DNA from: an uncultured Candidatus Binatia bacterium
GTDB taxonomy: Bacteria; Desulfobacterota; Binatia; Bin18
DNA length: 64,000 nt
NCBI GenBank assembly: GCA_965200965.1
Contig: OZ241744.1
Span: forward strand, 1,536,001 to 1,600,000
Direction of reading: 5' to 3'
Positions 1 through 10,100 of this stretch are shown here, one piece after another. Made by a program: the position numbers and the translations under genes. Each line of letters starts with the position of its first letter. Within the stretch, counting starts at the first letter, position 1. The notes beneath the pieces were generated by a model. It was not told the DNA's origin and did not search any database. It saw only the letters and a program-made list of their open reading frames with translations.

Positions 1-79
1 AGAAGAAGAGGGGCAAACAGACGCTGCCAGCCCACCCACGACCGACGTCCCCTAGCCGCGTCTGTGGAGCGGCTGTCCA

Positions 80-2359
80 TCAAAACATCTGCCGGCTAAA
101 TGAACTCAGCCCGACCAGGGTCACCATAAAGCGGAACTCGACCTCACTCGGGTTGACCTTATTGACGATGCCGAAATCAAACGCCCAACACTGCTGGGGC
201 GACAGCACACGGAGATAATAGCTGTTGCGAACGAACGATGTGTCGTTCAGGTCATAGCGGGTCGAATAGGCGGCAGAGAAATACGCATTGAGCCGCACCT
301 CCAGTTTGATGTCCAACTCCTTGAGCAGGCGGTCGGCGATAGCCCGGTAGGAAACTCCGAACGCGCTTCGGCGCTGCAACCGTCGGAACAACGGCGCGGC
401 CGGCGGCAGGCGACGGGGATCTCTGAGCGTGGCGGTGAACCGGGTGGCAGTGACCTCGGCCTGGTCAATATCGTAGACCGTTTTGGTCCGAATACTGAAG
501 AAGGAGAAGGGGTGCAAGTGCGCGTCAAGGATAACATCCGAGAAGTGCTGGGCGGTTTCGCTCAGCCCAAAGCCCTCCCGGCCCGCGCCGCGCAGGCGCC
601 GGGTCGGATCGTAGGCCTGGCTGATGGTCAGGCGCAGCAACTCGCGCACGCGGGTCACGTCCTCGCCCGCGTCGGAGCCAGAGATAAATTTTCCGACGAT
701 CCGGTTGGTCACCCTGTAGATGAACAGGCTGCGCCGATTGATCCGGTCCAGCCCGTCAAACAGGGGCAGATCGTCCTGGTCAACGACCGGGCTGTAGGTG
801 TAAGAAACGTGGGGCTCAAGCACATGCTTGAGGCTGTGTAAGCGGCCCCAGCCCAGCACAAAGACCCGTGACAGACGAGTGCCGAGTTCGGCCCGTAACT
901 GCACGGTCTCACGGGTACGGTCTCCAGCCGGGCTGAGCGTGGGACTCTCTCCGTCGCGGCCTAGGTCCGCCAGCGACACCGACTCTTCGGAACTCAGGTG
1001 ATAGATCGTCTCATGCCCGATCGCGCGCAACGAGCCAAAGGCATAGCCCCCCAAAGAAAAGGGGAGCGAGAGCCACGGAGAAATGTGGAGGCGTTGGCCG
1101 TAATAGCCTCGGCGACGGTAGAAGTTGGCACCGTGGATAGCGAGGCCGGTCTCTACACGGCCGTTGAGGAGCCAGCGCCGGGTCTGAAACTGGAGGGTCG
1201 GCAGGGCTTGAAAGGCGTACTTGTCATCGTTGCGCAGATCCTGGAAGTAGAATGTCTCCGCCCGCAGCTGAGCGTGACGCCAGGTTTTGACCGCCCCGGC
1301 TCGGGAGCGCGTCCAGCGTCGGGAGCGCAGGTCGGTATCGTCCAAGCCGCCATAAAAAGGCGTGTTCATGTTGCGCAAAAAACGATCATCGCTGACAAAG
1401 AAGAAGTCGCCGTAGGTCTGGACCCCGTACGGCAGGCGTTGGCGGTGTGTGCCGGTGAGGCTCCAGCGGTGCAGCGGCGAACTGGTTGAGGCCAGACCGC
1501 CAATTTTTTCATTAAAATACGAGGCGATCAGCCGGCCCTCGGTATGGCGGTTGGGGGCATAGCGATACTCGCCCAGCAGACCCAACCGGGCCTTGGTCTC
1601 AATATCTGCCGTCAGGGTGACATCATGGCTTTTGTTCAGGGCCCAATACAGGGGTTGCTGGAACTGAAAGCCGCGCTCACTCGAAAAGCCGTAGCCGGGA
1701 AAGAGCAAGCCGCTCTGCCGGTCGGCTTGAACCGGGAAGACGGCATACGGCAGGTACAGGGCCGGCATGGTGCGGACCCTGAGCGAGCCGCCGCGCACAA
1801 CACCCCGGCCCCGTCTGGTGAGGTCAAGCGTCCTGGCCGCGACGGTCCAGTCGGCCTTGTGGGGATCATCGCACTGACAGGTTGTCAGGGTCCCGTCGTC
1901 AATGTGATAGGTCTGGCCGAGGGATTTCTGGAGGCGTTTTCCAGTAATGGTGTACTGGCGGCTGGGCAGCCGCACGGTGCCGTTTGTAATCTGGCCGGTT
2001 TCATCCTCCATATCAAACTGGAGCGCCTCGGCTTCGATTGTGCCCTGCGGATTGTGCACCACAACATTGCCTCGGGCATTGACTTGGTTAGTGTTGCGAT
2101 TGACCCGGATCGTATCGGCCGTCACCCGGGTCTGCCCTTTAGTCACCACCACGTCTCCGGTGGCAGTAACGGTGTTGGGGGCTTCTTCATAGATCAGCGT
2201 CTGCGCCTCAACCTCGAGCGACTCGCTCGCCTCGGCTGCGGCTTGGTCGCCCTCCGGCTCGAGCGGCTCGTCGGTCGGCTCGGTCTGGCCCCACACCAGG
2301 GCCGGACCGGTCAGGCACATCACGGCGAGCAGCAAGCTGAGACGGATTAGGCGGGTCAT
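80..2359 (-). CDS. lptD: LPS-assembly outer membrane protein LptD
   Basis: Signal peptide (MTRLIRLSLLLAVMC), OstA-like N-terminal domain, TTCQC..W, RQSGLLFP and a beta-barrel C-terminus. Start moved to ATG 2359, which overlaps the folC stop (ATGA). Confidence 0.88.
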   Translation of the reverse strand: MTRLIRLSLLLAVMCLTGPALVWGQTEPTDEPLEPEGDQAAAEASESLEVEAQTLIYEEAPNTVTATGDVVVTKGQTRVTADTIRVNRNTNQVNARGNVVVHNPQGTIEAEALQFDMEDETGQITNGTVRLPSRQYTITGKRLQKSLGQTYHIDDGTLTTCQCDDPHKADWTVAARTLDLTRRGRGVVRGGSLRVRTMPALYLPYAVFPVQADRQSGLLFPGYGFSSERGFQFQQPLYWALNKSHDVTLTADIETKARLGLLGEYRYAPNRHTEGRLIASYFNEKIGGLASTSSPLHRWSLTGTHRQRLPYGVQTYGDFFFVSDDRFLRNMNTPFYGGLDDTDLRSRRWTRSRAGAVKTWRHAQLRAETFYFQDLRNDDKYAFQALPTLQFQTRRWLLNGRVETGLAIHGANFYRRRGYYGQRLHISPWLSLPFSLGGYAFGSLRAIGHETIYHLSSEESVSLADLGRDGESPTLSPAGDRTRETVQLRAELGTRLSRVFVLGWGRLHSLKHVLEPHVSYTYSPVVDQDDLPLFDGLDRINRRSLFIYRVTNRIVGKFISGSDAGEDVTRVRELLRLTISQAYDPTRRLRGAGREGFGLSETAQHFSDVILDAHLHPFSFFSIRTKTVYDIDQAEVTATRFTATLRDPRRLPPAAPLFRRLQRRSAFGVSYRAIADRLLKELDIKLEVRLNAYFSAAYSTRYDLNDTSFVRNSYYLRVLSPQQCWAFDFGIVNKVNPSEVEFRFMVTLVGLSSFSRQMF

Positions 2360-3636
2360 CCGGCCAGCCCTCTCAGCGCGGCGGGAAACAGGGGCAGGAC
2401 CTCGCCGATGAGAAGCAGCGAGCCGCACACTACAACCGCGGTGTTGGCGTCCGCCCCGCCAAGCAACTGCCGACACGCGGTCCGGGCATCGGGATACACC
2501 CGGGTCGGACACGCCTGGCCAAACGCGGCCGCCACCGCCTGGGGGTCTGCGGCGCGCGGATTGCCAACCCGGGTGACGATCACCTCGTGGGCAATATGGG
2601 CCAGCCGCGCAACCATATTCGGCCAGTCCTTGTCGTCCATCACGCCAAACAGGAGCGTTGTGCGTCGCCCCTCAAGCACCTCAGACAAGGCCGACACCAG
2701 GGCGGCGGCCGCGTGCGGGTTGTGCGCTCCGTCAAGGATGACGAGGGGCTGGTCCGAAACGATCTGAAAGCGTCCCGGCCAGACGACCTGCTGTAGACCG
2801 CGGCGCATCTGGGCGTCGGAGACGGGAAAATCTGCGGCCAGGCACTCCAGGCTGGCCAGGGCGGCGGCCGCGTTGTGACCTTGAAAGGCACCGGCCAAGC
2901 CGAGTGAGAGCTCATCGTATTGCCACGCCCGGCCCTGATAGCCAAAATTGCCCGAACCTTCGGTCGCCCAGAAGTCCGTCCCGTACACCAGGGTGGGGCT
3001 GCCCCGCCGGCGGGCAATGTCAAGCAGCACGGCCCGGCTGTCGGCCTCCATATGGCCGATGACAACCGGGATACCGGGCTTGATGATCCCGCCTTTTTCA
3101 GCCGCAATCTGGGCTAGGCTGGTGCCCAGGTAGGCCTGATGATCGAGGCCGATCTGGGTAATCGTGCTCACCAGCGGAGCCAGCACATTGGTCGCGTCCA
3201 GGCGTCCGCCGAGACCCACCTCAACGACCGCTATATCAAGCTCGGCCTGGGCAAAAGCCACAAAGGCGAGCAGCGTCATCAACTCAAAGGGGGTGAGCCG
3301 TATCTGTGCCGGCTCAACGCGGGAGCGGATCCAGGCCACGCCGCCGGCCACCTGCTGTTGACCGATCGGGTCGCTGCCGAGGCGGATGCGTTCACAGAAA
3401 TCGAGCAAATGGGGTGAGGTAAACAGGCCAACCTGGTAGCCGGCCGCGCTCAGCACCGCGTGCAGCAGGGCCGCGGTTGAGCCCTTGCCGTTCGTGCCGG
3501 CAATATGCAGGCTGGGAAAGCGGGTGTGCGGAGAGCCGCACAGCGTCAAGGCACGTTCCACCCGGTCAAGTCCAAGCTGCATGCGCTCGACCTCGCGGTG
3601 GAACAGAAAGTCCAGGGTCTCGGCGTAGCTGAGCAT
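2356..3636 (-). CDS. folC: Bifunctional folylpolyglutamate synthase/dihydrofolate synthase
   Basis: Motifs HIAGTNGKGST, FTSPHL, EVGLGGRLDATN, WPGRFQ and LDGAHNP. Confidence 0.96.
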   Translation of the reverse strand: MLSYAETLDFLFHREVERMQLGLDRVERALTLCGSPHTRFPSLHIAGTNGKGSTAALLHAVLSAAGYQVGLFTSPHLLDFCERIRLGSDPIGQQQVAGGVAWIRSRVEPAQIRLTPFELMTLLAFVAFAQAELDIAVVEVGLGGRLDATNVLAPLVSTITQIGLDHQAYLGTSLAQIAAEKGGIIKPGIPVVIGHMEADSRAVLLDIARRRGSPTLVYGTDFWATEGSGNFGYQGRAWQYDELSLGLAGAFQGHNAAAALASLECLAADFPVSDAQMRRGLQQVVWPGRFQIVSDQPLVILDGAHNPHAAAALVSALSEVLEGRRTTLLFGVMDDKDWPNMVARLAHIAHEVIVTRVGNPRAADPQAVAAAFGQACPTRVYPDARTACRQLLGGADANTAVVVCGSLLLIGEVLPLFPAALRGLAG

Positions 3637-3655
3637 AGGTGTCAATCAGCGGACG

Positions 3656-4498
3656 CTAGGGCTGGCTGGCTTCGCCCGCCGCGGTATCGCACAATAGGCC
3701 CAGCACTTGTCCCAATACGTCGCGCAAATCTTTGCGCTCAACAACCATGTCCACCATGCCATGCTCAAGCAGAAACTCCGCCCGCTGAAAGCCCGGCGGC
3801 AGTTTCTCGCCGATCGTCTGTTCAATCACCCGAGGACCGGCAAAGCCGATCAAAGCCTGGGGTTCGGCAACATTAATATCGCCAATCATACCCAGCGAGG
3901 CCGCCACCCCACCCGTTGTCGGGTCGGTCAGCACCGAGATATACGGCAATCCGGCCGCCCGCAAACGGCTCAGGGCGGTGTTCACCTTGGCCATCTGCAT
4001 GAGGGACAAGACGCCTTCCTGCATACGCGCGCCGCCCGAGGCCGAGAAAAAAATGACCGGCAGATGCTTACCTCCCGCATACTCGACAATCCGGGTGAGC
4101 TTTTCCCCCACCACGGTTCCCATACTGCCGCCCAAAAAGGCAAAATCAAACAGCCCCAGGGCCACTGCCCGGCCCCCAATCCTTGCCACCCCACACACGA
4201 CCGCCTCGGTTCGACCAGTCCTGGCCTGGGCATCGGCAATGCGCTCGGGATACGGTTTGCGGTCGGTAAAACCGAGCGGATCGATGGGCGACAGGCCAAC
4301 GTCATGCTCGACAAAAGATCCACGGTCAACCACCAGGAACAGGCGTTGCGCAACCGTCAGCCTGAGATGCGCCCCACATCTGGGACAGACGAACAGGTAC
4401 CGCTCCGCCTCTTTGCGGAACAGAATGTCTTGACAGGCCCTGCATTTGACCCAGATAGCCTCGGCGTCTTCCTGCGTCCGTCTCACTGTTACAGCCAT
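3656..4498 (-). CDS. accD: Acetyl-CoA carboxylase carboxyltransferase beta subunit
   Basis: WVKCxxC...CPxC zinc ribbon, GGSMG, SGGARMQEG, PTTGGV and GFAGPRVIEQT. Confidence 0.97.
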   Translation of the reverse strand: MAVTVRRTQEDAEAIWVKCRACQDILFRKEAERYLFVCPRCGAHLRLTVAQRLFLVVDRGSFVEHDVGLSPIDPLGFTDRKPYPERIADAQARTGRTEAVVCGVARIGGRAVALGLFDFAFLGGSMGTVVGEKLTRIVEYAGGKHLPVIFFSASGGARMQEGVLSLMQMAKVNTALSRLRAAGLPYISVLTDPTTGGVAASLGMIGDINVAEPQALIGFAGPRVIEQTIGEKLPPGFQRAEFLLEHGMVDMVVERKDLRDVLGQVLGLLCDTAAGEASQP

Positions 4499-4700
4499 GA
4501 ATCCTTCTCCCCACCGAGCAGGAAACGCGCCGGCTGAGCGGTCTGTTCAGCCCCCGCGCTCTCGCGGTCCCCACTCCGTGTGGAGCCTAGCACCTTTCAG
4601 CCTGTCTGGTAAGCCCTAGGCGGTCTTCGTGACGCCTGTGCTGATCGCACTGCTCAGACCCGCATAGCAGACAAGGCCGCGCTTGCCGTCGCTCCGGTGC

Positions 4701-4728
4701 TTGACAAGAACGCTCCCCCTGATACCAT
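4701..4728 (+). promoter_or_regulatory. Sigma70-type promoter for the riboswitch-btuB transcript
   Basis: TTGACA (4701-4706), 16-bp spacer ending in TGn, then TACCAT (4723-4728), just upstream of the riboswitch. Confidence 0.6.
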
Positions 4729-4739
4729 ATACCCTGAAC

Positions 4740-4918
4740 AGTGCTTGAGGTACCCATAGCGGGTGAAAAGGGAAGCCGGTGCAAAGCCGGCGCGGTCCCG
4801 CCACTGTGATGGGGGAGCCTGTCTCGATCATGCCACTGCCGGTGCATACCGGCGGGAAGGCCGACGGCAGGCGTCGGGGTATGCGCCCCTGAACCCCTAA
4901 GCCAGGAGACCTGCCTGA
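4740..4918 (+). ncRNA. Cobalamin (AdoCbl) riboswitch
   Basis: Canonical elements AAAAGGGAAGCCGGTGCAAAGCCGGCGCGGTCCCGCCACTGTGA, GCCACTG...GGGAAGG and the B12 box AAGCCAGGAGACCTGCC; lies upstream of a TonB-dependent receptor. Confidence 0.95.
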
Positions 4919-5091
4919 AGCCACGAACCGGCCTCTCCGTGGAGGGAGAAGGGTTACGGCGTGCTACCGCTCTGCATACACAAATCACCGCCCAGACGCT
5001 CAGCCTGGCAAGCAGACTCCCGGTCGTCTTCACGCTCTACACTCCACACCCCCGCTTCTCTCCGAACGGAAGGTGGCCCCGCGGAGGGAAG

Positions 5092-7119
5092 ATGGGACAG
5101 TTCACCCAGTCTATATCTATGCTTGCCGTATCACTCCTGGTCTGGAGCGGCGGTCCACCCGCGCCAGCCCAGGCCCAGTCCACTTCAATGTCATATCCAG
5201 CCAGCCCTCTGGCCGACGAAGCGCGAGCGCCGACCACCGTGTTAGACCCCATCGTCGTGACCGCGTCGAAGCTGGAAGAACCGCTCGCCCAGGTGTCAAA
5301 CGCGGTGACGGTCGTGACGCAGGCAGACATTGCCCAACGCCAGACAAGCGACCTGTTTGAGCAGCTGCGCGAGGTGCCGGGTCTCGCCTTTGTTCAGAAC
5401 GGCAGCCGCGGCAGCGTGACCTCACTCTTTACCCGCGGGGGTGAGTCTGACCACAACCTGATCCTGATCGACGGCGTAAAGGTCAACCGGGCGGGGGGCA
5501 GCTTCAACTTCAGTGATGTGACGACTCTCGGCGTGGGCCGCATTGAGGTAGTGCGCGGCCCGCACAGCGCCCTGTACGGCTCTAGCGCCATGAGTTCGGT
5601 CATTCAACTCCTGACGCCGCGCGGACACGGCCCGGCACACGCCAGCCTGGGCTTGCGCACGGGCAATCCCGATACCTTTGAGGAACGCTTCAGCCTGTCC
5701 GGCGGGACGGCCTCGTATGGCTACAATGTGGCCGTCGGACGGATTGACAGCGGGGGCATCCTGCCAATCAACAACGACTACGGCAACACGACCGTGGCGT
5801 CCCGCTTCGACCTTGACCCAGGCGAGCGCCTGCACCTCACCACCACCCTCCGTTACATTGACAGCCGTTTTCATGTGCCCACCAGCAGTGGCGATATTCT
5901 TGATCGGCAGGGGAACGGCTTGGACCCCCGGGCGACGAGTGACAACCGTCGCCTTATTCTCGGACCGCGGGCCACCTACCAGCCCACCCCGTGGTGGAGG
6001 CATACTCTGCAGTTGGGGCTGCTGTCCGAATGGTTCACCTATCGCGATCCAGAAGACACAGGGGTTGATTGCCGAGACGACGACGCGGCAACCTACAACG
6101 ATTGTGACGGCATGGGGTCACTGACCATCAACAGGGAGTCTCGGCTGTCGGCCGACTACTCGTCCGATTTTTTCCTGCCAATGACCCTCGGCATCACCCC
6201 GACCTTGACCATCGGCGGCTCTGTCGAAGACGAACACCACAGCCAAAAGGGCGGGCCTGATGTGAGCCGCAACGCTCAGGCGTTCTACTCCCAGTTGCGC
6301 CTGGCATGGCGTGAGACGCTGTTTGTGACCTCCGGATTCCGCCTGGACGACGCGGTGACCTATGGGACCCACATCAGCCCACGGGCCTCAGCCGCCCTGA
6401 TCGTCCCCGGCCTCAACACCAAACTGCGTGGCGGCTACAGCCAAGGCATCAAGGCAGCCAGTTTTTCTCAGAACATTGATACCGCATTTTCTCGGGGCAA
6501 CCCTGAGCTGGAGGCCGAAGAGTCCGAAAGCTGGGAAATCGGCATTGACCAAGCCTTCACCCTAGGCGAACTCGACGCCCGGTTGAACCTGAGCTATTTT
6601 TCGACCGAATACACCAATCTGATCGCCTATACCTTTGTCCCCGCACCCGCGCCGAATTATGTGAATGTCCACCGCGCCCGGAGTCGCGGGCTTGAGCTCG
6701 GGACATCCGCCACCCTGCCCTACGGATTCTCGGTGCGCGGCGCGTATACCTACCTGGAAACCGAGGTGCTGGACAACGCTGGAAACGACGGGTTTGGGTC
6801 CTTCAGACAGGGCGAGCCTCTGGTTCGACGGCCCAAGCATGTAGGCTCCTTCACCCTGAACTACGCCGGCGACCGCCTGAACGCCAACTTTCATCTGTAC
6901 ATCAAAGGCAGTGTCACCGAGCGGGGCGGTACCCTCCACGACGGCTATGAGCGGGCAGACCTCGCCCTGTCGTATCTGCTGTTCGAGGACCGTTGGGGCG
7001 TTCGTGCCCTGGCCCTCGAGGGGAGGGTCAGGAATCTGTTTGACGCCGACTATCAGGAGGTCTTGTACTTCTCGTCCGCAGAAACGACCTTTATGGCCGG
7101 GTTCCGGGCAGAGTTCTGA
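5092..7119 (+). CDS. btuB: TonB-dependent cobalamin receptor (BtuB-like)
   Basis: Signal peptide, TonB box-like IVVTAS, plug motifs (LREVPGL, LILIDGV, RIEVVRGPHSALYGSSAM), NPELEAEES and C-terminal Phe. Downstream of the B12 riboswitch; start at ATG 5092 with a GGAGGG SD. Confidence 0.88.
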   Translation: MGQFTQSISMLAVSLLVWSGGPPAPAQAQSTSMSYPASPLADEARAPTTVLDPIVVTASKLEEPLAQVSNAVTVVTQADIAQRQTSDLFEQLREVPGLAFVQNGSRGSVTSLFTRGGESDHNLILIDGVKVNRAGGSFNFSDVTTLGVGRIEVVRGPHSALYGSSAMSSVIQLLTPRGHGPAHASLGLRTGNPDTFEERFSLSGGTASYGYNVAVGRIDSGGILPINNDYGNTTVASRFDLDPGERLHLTTTLRYIDSRFHVPTSSGDILDRQGNGLDPRATSDNRRLILGPRATYQPTPWWRHTLQLGLLSEWFTYRDPEDTGVDCRDDDAATYNDCDGMGSLTINRESRLSADYSSDFFLPMTLGITPTLTIGGSVEDEHHSQKGGPDVSRNAQAFYSQLRLAWRETLFVTSGFRLDDAVTYGTHISPRASAALIVPGLNTKLRGGYSQGIKAASFSQNIDTAFSRGNPELEAEESESWEIGIDQAFTLGELDARLNLSYFSTEYTNLIAYTFVPAPAPNYVNVHRARSRGLELGTSATLPYGFSVRGAYTYLETEVLDNAGNDGFGSFRQGEPLVRRPKHVGSFTLNYAGDRLNANFHLYIKGSVTERGGTLHDGYERADLALSYLLFEDRWGVRALALEGRVRNLFDADYQEVLYFSSAETTFMAGFRAEF

Positions 7120-7144
7120 GTCGTCAGTGCCGCGGCTGGCGTAC

Positions 7145-7918
7145 TCAGGCCAGCCCTCCGATCTGAATAACCCACTCCGGGCCTCGACGCTCGACCCGCG
7201 CGCACATACCGTAGACCGTCTTGATCCGGTCCTCGGTCAGGGTCTCGTGGGGCGAACCGTCGGCCAGCACGACGCCGTCCTTCATCCACAGCAGTCGGTC
7301 GGCAAAGCGGACGGCAAGCCCGATGTCGTGCAGTACGACCAGTACGCCGCCGCCCGCGTCCACAAAGCGCCGGAGGAGGTCCATGACCTGGAACTGGTGG
7401 CGCAGGTCAAGGGACGCGGTCGGCTCGTCGGCCACCAGGAGCGGGGCTTCGGCGGCAAAGGCCCGGGCACAGTGGACGCGGGCGAGTTCTCCGCCAGACA
7501 GGGTGTCGGTGCGGCGCTGGGCAAACTCCAGCAGATCGCAGGCGGCGAGCGCGCGCTCAACGGCTTCGGCGTCCGGGCCGTGCAGACATCCGGGGGCCGC
7601 ACCGTGGGCAAAGCGGCCGAGCGCAACCACATCACACACCGTGTTGGGCCAGGCGAGTGGACGCGCCTGCGGCAGATAGCCCACCCGGCGGGCCCGTTCT
7701 GTCGGCGAGAGGCTTGCGACCGCCTGGCCGTCCAGCGTTGCTGAGCCGGCCGAAAGCCGCCCAAGACCCAGAGTGGCGCGCAGCAGGGTGGTCTTGCCCG
7801 CGCCGTTGGACCCGAGCAGGGCAACCAACTCGCCAGACCGCAAGCTGAAGGATGTCGCCTCCACCAGCGTCGCCCGGCCAACCCTGACCGTGACATTCTG
7901 GGCGCACAGCTCAGTCAC
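7145..7918 (-). CDS. Cobalamin/Fe-siderophore ABC transporter ATP-binding protein (BtuD-like)
   Basis: GSNGAGKTT, LSGGE, LLVADEPT and VVLHD motifs; GTG start overlaps the end of the permease gene. Confidence 0.88.
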   Translation of the reverse strand: MTELCAQNVTVRVGRATLVEATSFSLRSGELVALLGSNGAGKTTLLRATLGLGRLSAGSATLDGQAVASLSPTERARRVGYLPQARPLAWPNTVCDVVALGRFAHGAAPGCLHGPDAEAVERALAACDLLEFAQRRTDTLSGGELARVHCARAFAAEAPLLVADEPTASLDLRHQFQVMDLLRRFVDAGGGVLVVLHDIGLAVRFADRLLWMKDGVVLADGSPHETLTEDRIKTVYGMCARVERRGPEWVIQIGGLA

Positions 7919-8900
7919 CGACCGCCCTCTGTTGCAGGGTAATCCACACAAAGGCCGGCGCACCGATGAGGGCGGCAACGACCCCCAGCTTCAACTCCGA
8001 GTTGGTCGGCAGCAGGCGGACCGCGATGTCGGCCAGTTCGAGCAGCACGCCGGCGAGGAGCGCCGAGGGCAGCAGGCTGCGGCCCGGGTCGTGACCGACG
8101 CGGGGGCGAACGAGGTGCGGGGCGATGATGCCGACAAAGCCGATGGTCCCCGCCAGAGCGACCGCCGCGCCGGTAGCGAGGCCGGTGCCCAGCACGACCG
8201 CCAGCCGCTGTCGGCGCAGGTTCAGCCCCACACCGGCAGCGGCTTCCTCGCCCAGGGTGAGCGCTGACAGGCCCCGCTGGGTCACAAACAAGACGGCCAG
8301 GCCGATGCCCATGAATGGCAGGGCGAGCGCCAAGTCGGCGGCGCTGCGGTTTGCGACTGAGCCCAGCATCCAGTTCACCATATCCATCAGTGAGAACGGA
8401 TTCGGGGCAAGATTCATGAGCAGCGACATGGCCGCCCCGGCAAAGCTCGACAGGCCAACGCCGACCAGAATGAGGGTGACTGCCGATGAGGTACGCACCG
8501 CGACCAAGGCAAGCAGGGCCGAGGCAGCCGATGCACCGGTGACGGCCGCCACCGGCATGGCATAGCTCCAGGCGTCGGCCAAGCCGTAGTACAGCACAAA
8601 CGTCGCTCCCAGAGATGCCGCCGCGGATACACCCAAGACGCCTGGCTCGGCTAAGGGGTTGCGCAGCAGCCCTTGCAGGGCGGCACCACTCGCTCCTAGC
8701 GCGGCACCGACTACGAAGGCCGCGGCCGCGCGCGGCAGGCGGATGTGCCACACGACAAGACTGTCGCCGGCCGGTGCCTGTCCCAGCAGGGCGGCCACGA
8801 CGCGGGGCATTCCCATAGGGGTTGGGCCGAGAAAACAGGCCGCGGCCAGCGCAGCCAGCGCAGCCACAGCCAAGCTGATATTGAGCCAGTCGACGCTCAC
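7911..8900 (-). CDS. FecCD/BtuC-family ABC permease
   Basis: IRLPR, LQGLLRNPLAEPGVLGVS and GTIGFVGIIAPH motifs; multiple TM helices. Confidence 0.92.
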   Translation of the reverse strand: MSVDWLNISLAVAALAALAAACFLGPTPMGMPRVVAALLGQAPAGDSLVVWHIRLPRAAAAFVVGAALGASGAALQGLLRNPLAEPGVLGVSAAASLGATFVLYYGLADAWSYAMPVAAVTGASAASALLALVAVRTSSAVTLILVGVGLSSFAGAAMSLLMNLAPNPFSLMDMVNWMLGSVANRSAADLALALPFMGIGLAVLFVTQRGLSALTLGEEAAAGVGLNLRRQRLAVVLGTGLATGAAVALAGTIGFVGIIAPHLVRPRVGHDPGRSLLPSALLAGVLLELADIAVRLLPTNSELKLGVVAALIGAPAFVWITLQQRAVGD

Positions 8901-9751
8901 CGCGCTGTTACCCCGCGTGTCGCCAGCGCCTCAATGGCATCCAGCAGAAACCATCCGCCGCAGGCAACCCAGGCTCCCTCCAAGCGGACGGTGGGACGCT
9001 CACGGAGTTGCCGGCGGGCGATGGGGTGACGGGCCGCGCTCCAAGCGTCGCGGGAGCTGGTAGCTCCCCACAGGACGGCCGCCATCAAGTCGGGCTGTTC
9101 GTAGGCGAGGCGCTCGAGCGGCAGCGACCGCCAGCCGGGCTCCTGCTGGAAGTTGACCAAGCCCGCCGCGTGCAGCATCTCGTGAACCAGCGTACCAGGC
9201 CCGCTCGTCACGCCAGCCGGCGTCATATACAAGGCTTCCGGCGCGTCCGGGAGGGTGGGCAGGGCGGCCAGGGCGGCCAGCCGGGCGTTCATATCGGCGA
9301 TTAACTCGGCACCACGCGCAGGCTGGCCAAGCCCGGCGGCGACGGCTGCAATCGCATCCCTGACGCCGTTAAGGTCGCGGGCAAAGTCAATTTGCAGCAC
9401 GGGTGTGCCTGTGCGCTCGATAAACGCGGTGACATACGGTCCCCCACCGTAGGAACGGATCACCAGATCGGGCTGAAGGACGAGGATGTCTTCAGCCCGG
9501 GGGCGAATCTGTCTGAGCCCCTTTGCGTGGCCGCGCATATAGGAGAAGGTTTTCCCGGCGTCAGGCGAGACCGCCAGGATGTCCTTACGCGGCGACAGTC
9601 TGAGCACATACTGATCGGCACAGTAGTCAAGGCTGATGATACGGCTTGGCCGGCCCAGGCTTTGCATCTGCTCGGCGGGCCGGCACACGGCCAGACCGGC
9701 GAGAACGACCAGACCGGCCAACCGCAGCACCGCCTTAGCAATCACGCCCAT
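8897..9751 (-). CDS. Periplasmic cobalamin-binding protein (BtuF-like)
   Basis: RIISLDYCADQYVL and EDILVLQPDLV (class III binding protein); in an operon with the permease and ATPase. Confidence 0.82.
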   Translation of the reverse strand: MGVIAKAVLRLAGLVVLAGLAVCRPAEQMQSLGRPSRIISLDYCADQYVLRLSPRKDILAVSPDAGKTFSYMRGHAKGLRQIRPRAEDILVLQPDLVIRSYGGGPYVTAFIERTGTPVLQIDFARDLNGVRDAIAAVAAGLGQPARGAELIADMNARLAALAALPTLPDAPEALYMTPAGVTSGPGTLVHEMLHAAGLVNFQQEPGWRSLPLERLAYEQPDLMAAVLWGATSSRDAWSAARHPIARRQLRERPTVRLEGAWVACGGWFLLDAIEALATRGVTAR

Positions 9752-10100
9752 GCTCGGCCTGCACAGCCTTCATCTTTTCCCTATGCGTGGCCGCGGCAGG
9801 CATGGCCCCTGCCTATACACATGCCTGGCCGAAGTCAAGGCAGCCGCCCGGCCTGAAATCCATGCTGGCCTCGAAAAGAGGCAGATCACCTGGGGGAAGC
9901 CTGCCCATGTCTCGGGGCGGTCGGACTATTTTTTGGCTTTGTAACCCCGCTAATGCCTTTCAAGACAGCGCGTAAGGCCAAGTCCCTCGATGAGGTGGAC
10001 GCGCCTACGGCCACGATTGCCGAAACAGAATGCCGCGCTGCTACATTCTTATCTGGGTGTGTTTTATGTACATAGGATTCTCTTCTTCCCTTTCTTATTC

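Noticed and set aside
4587-5033. 148-aa minus-strand ORF over the riboswitch
   Set aside because: It is the antisense reading of the cobalamin riboswitch and promoter; not protein-like.
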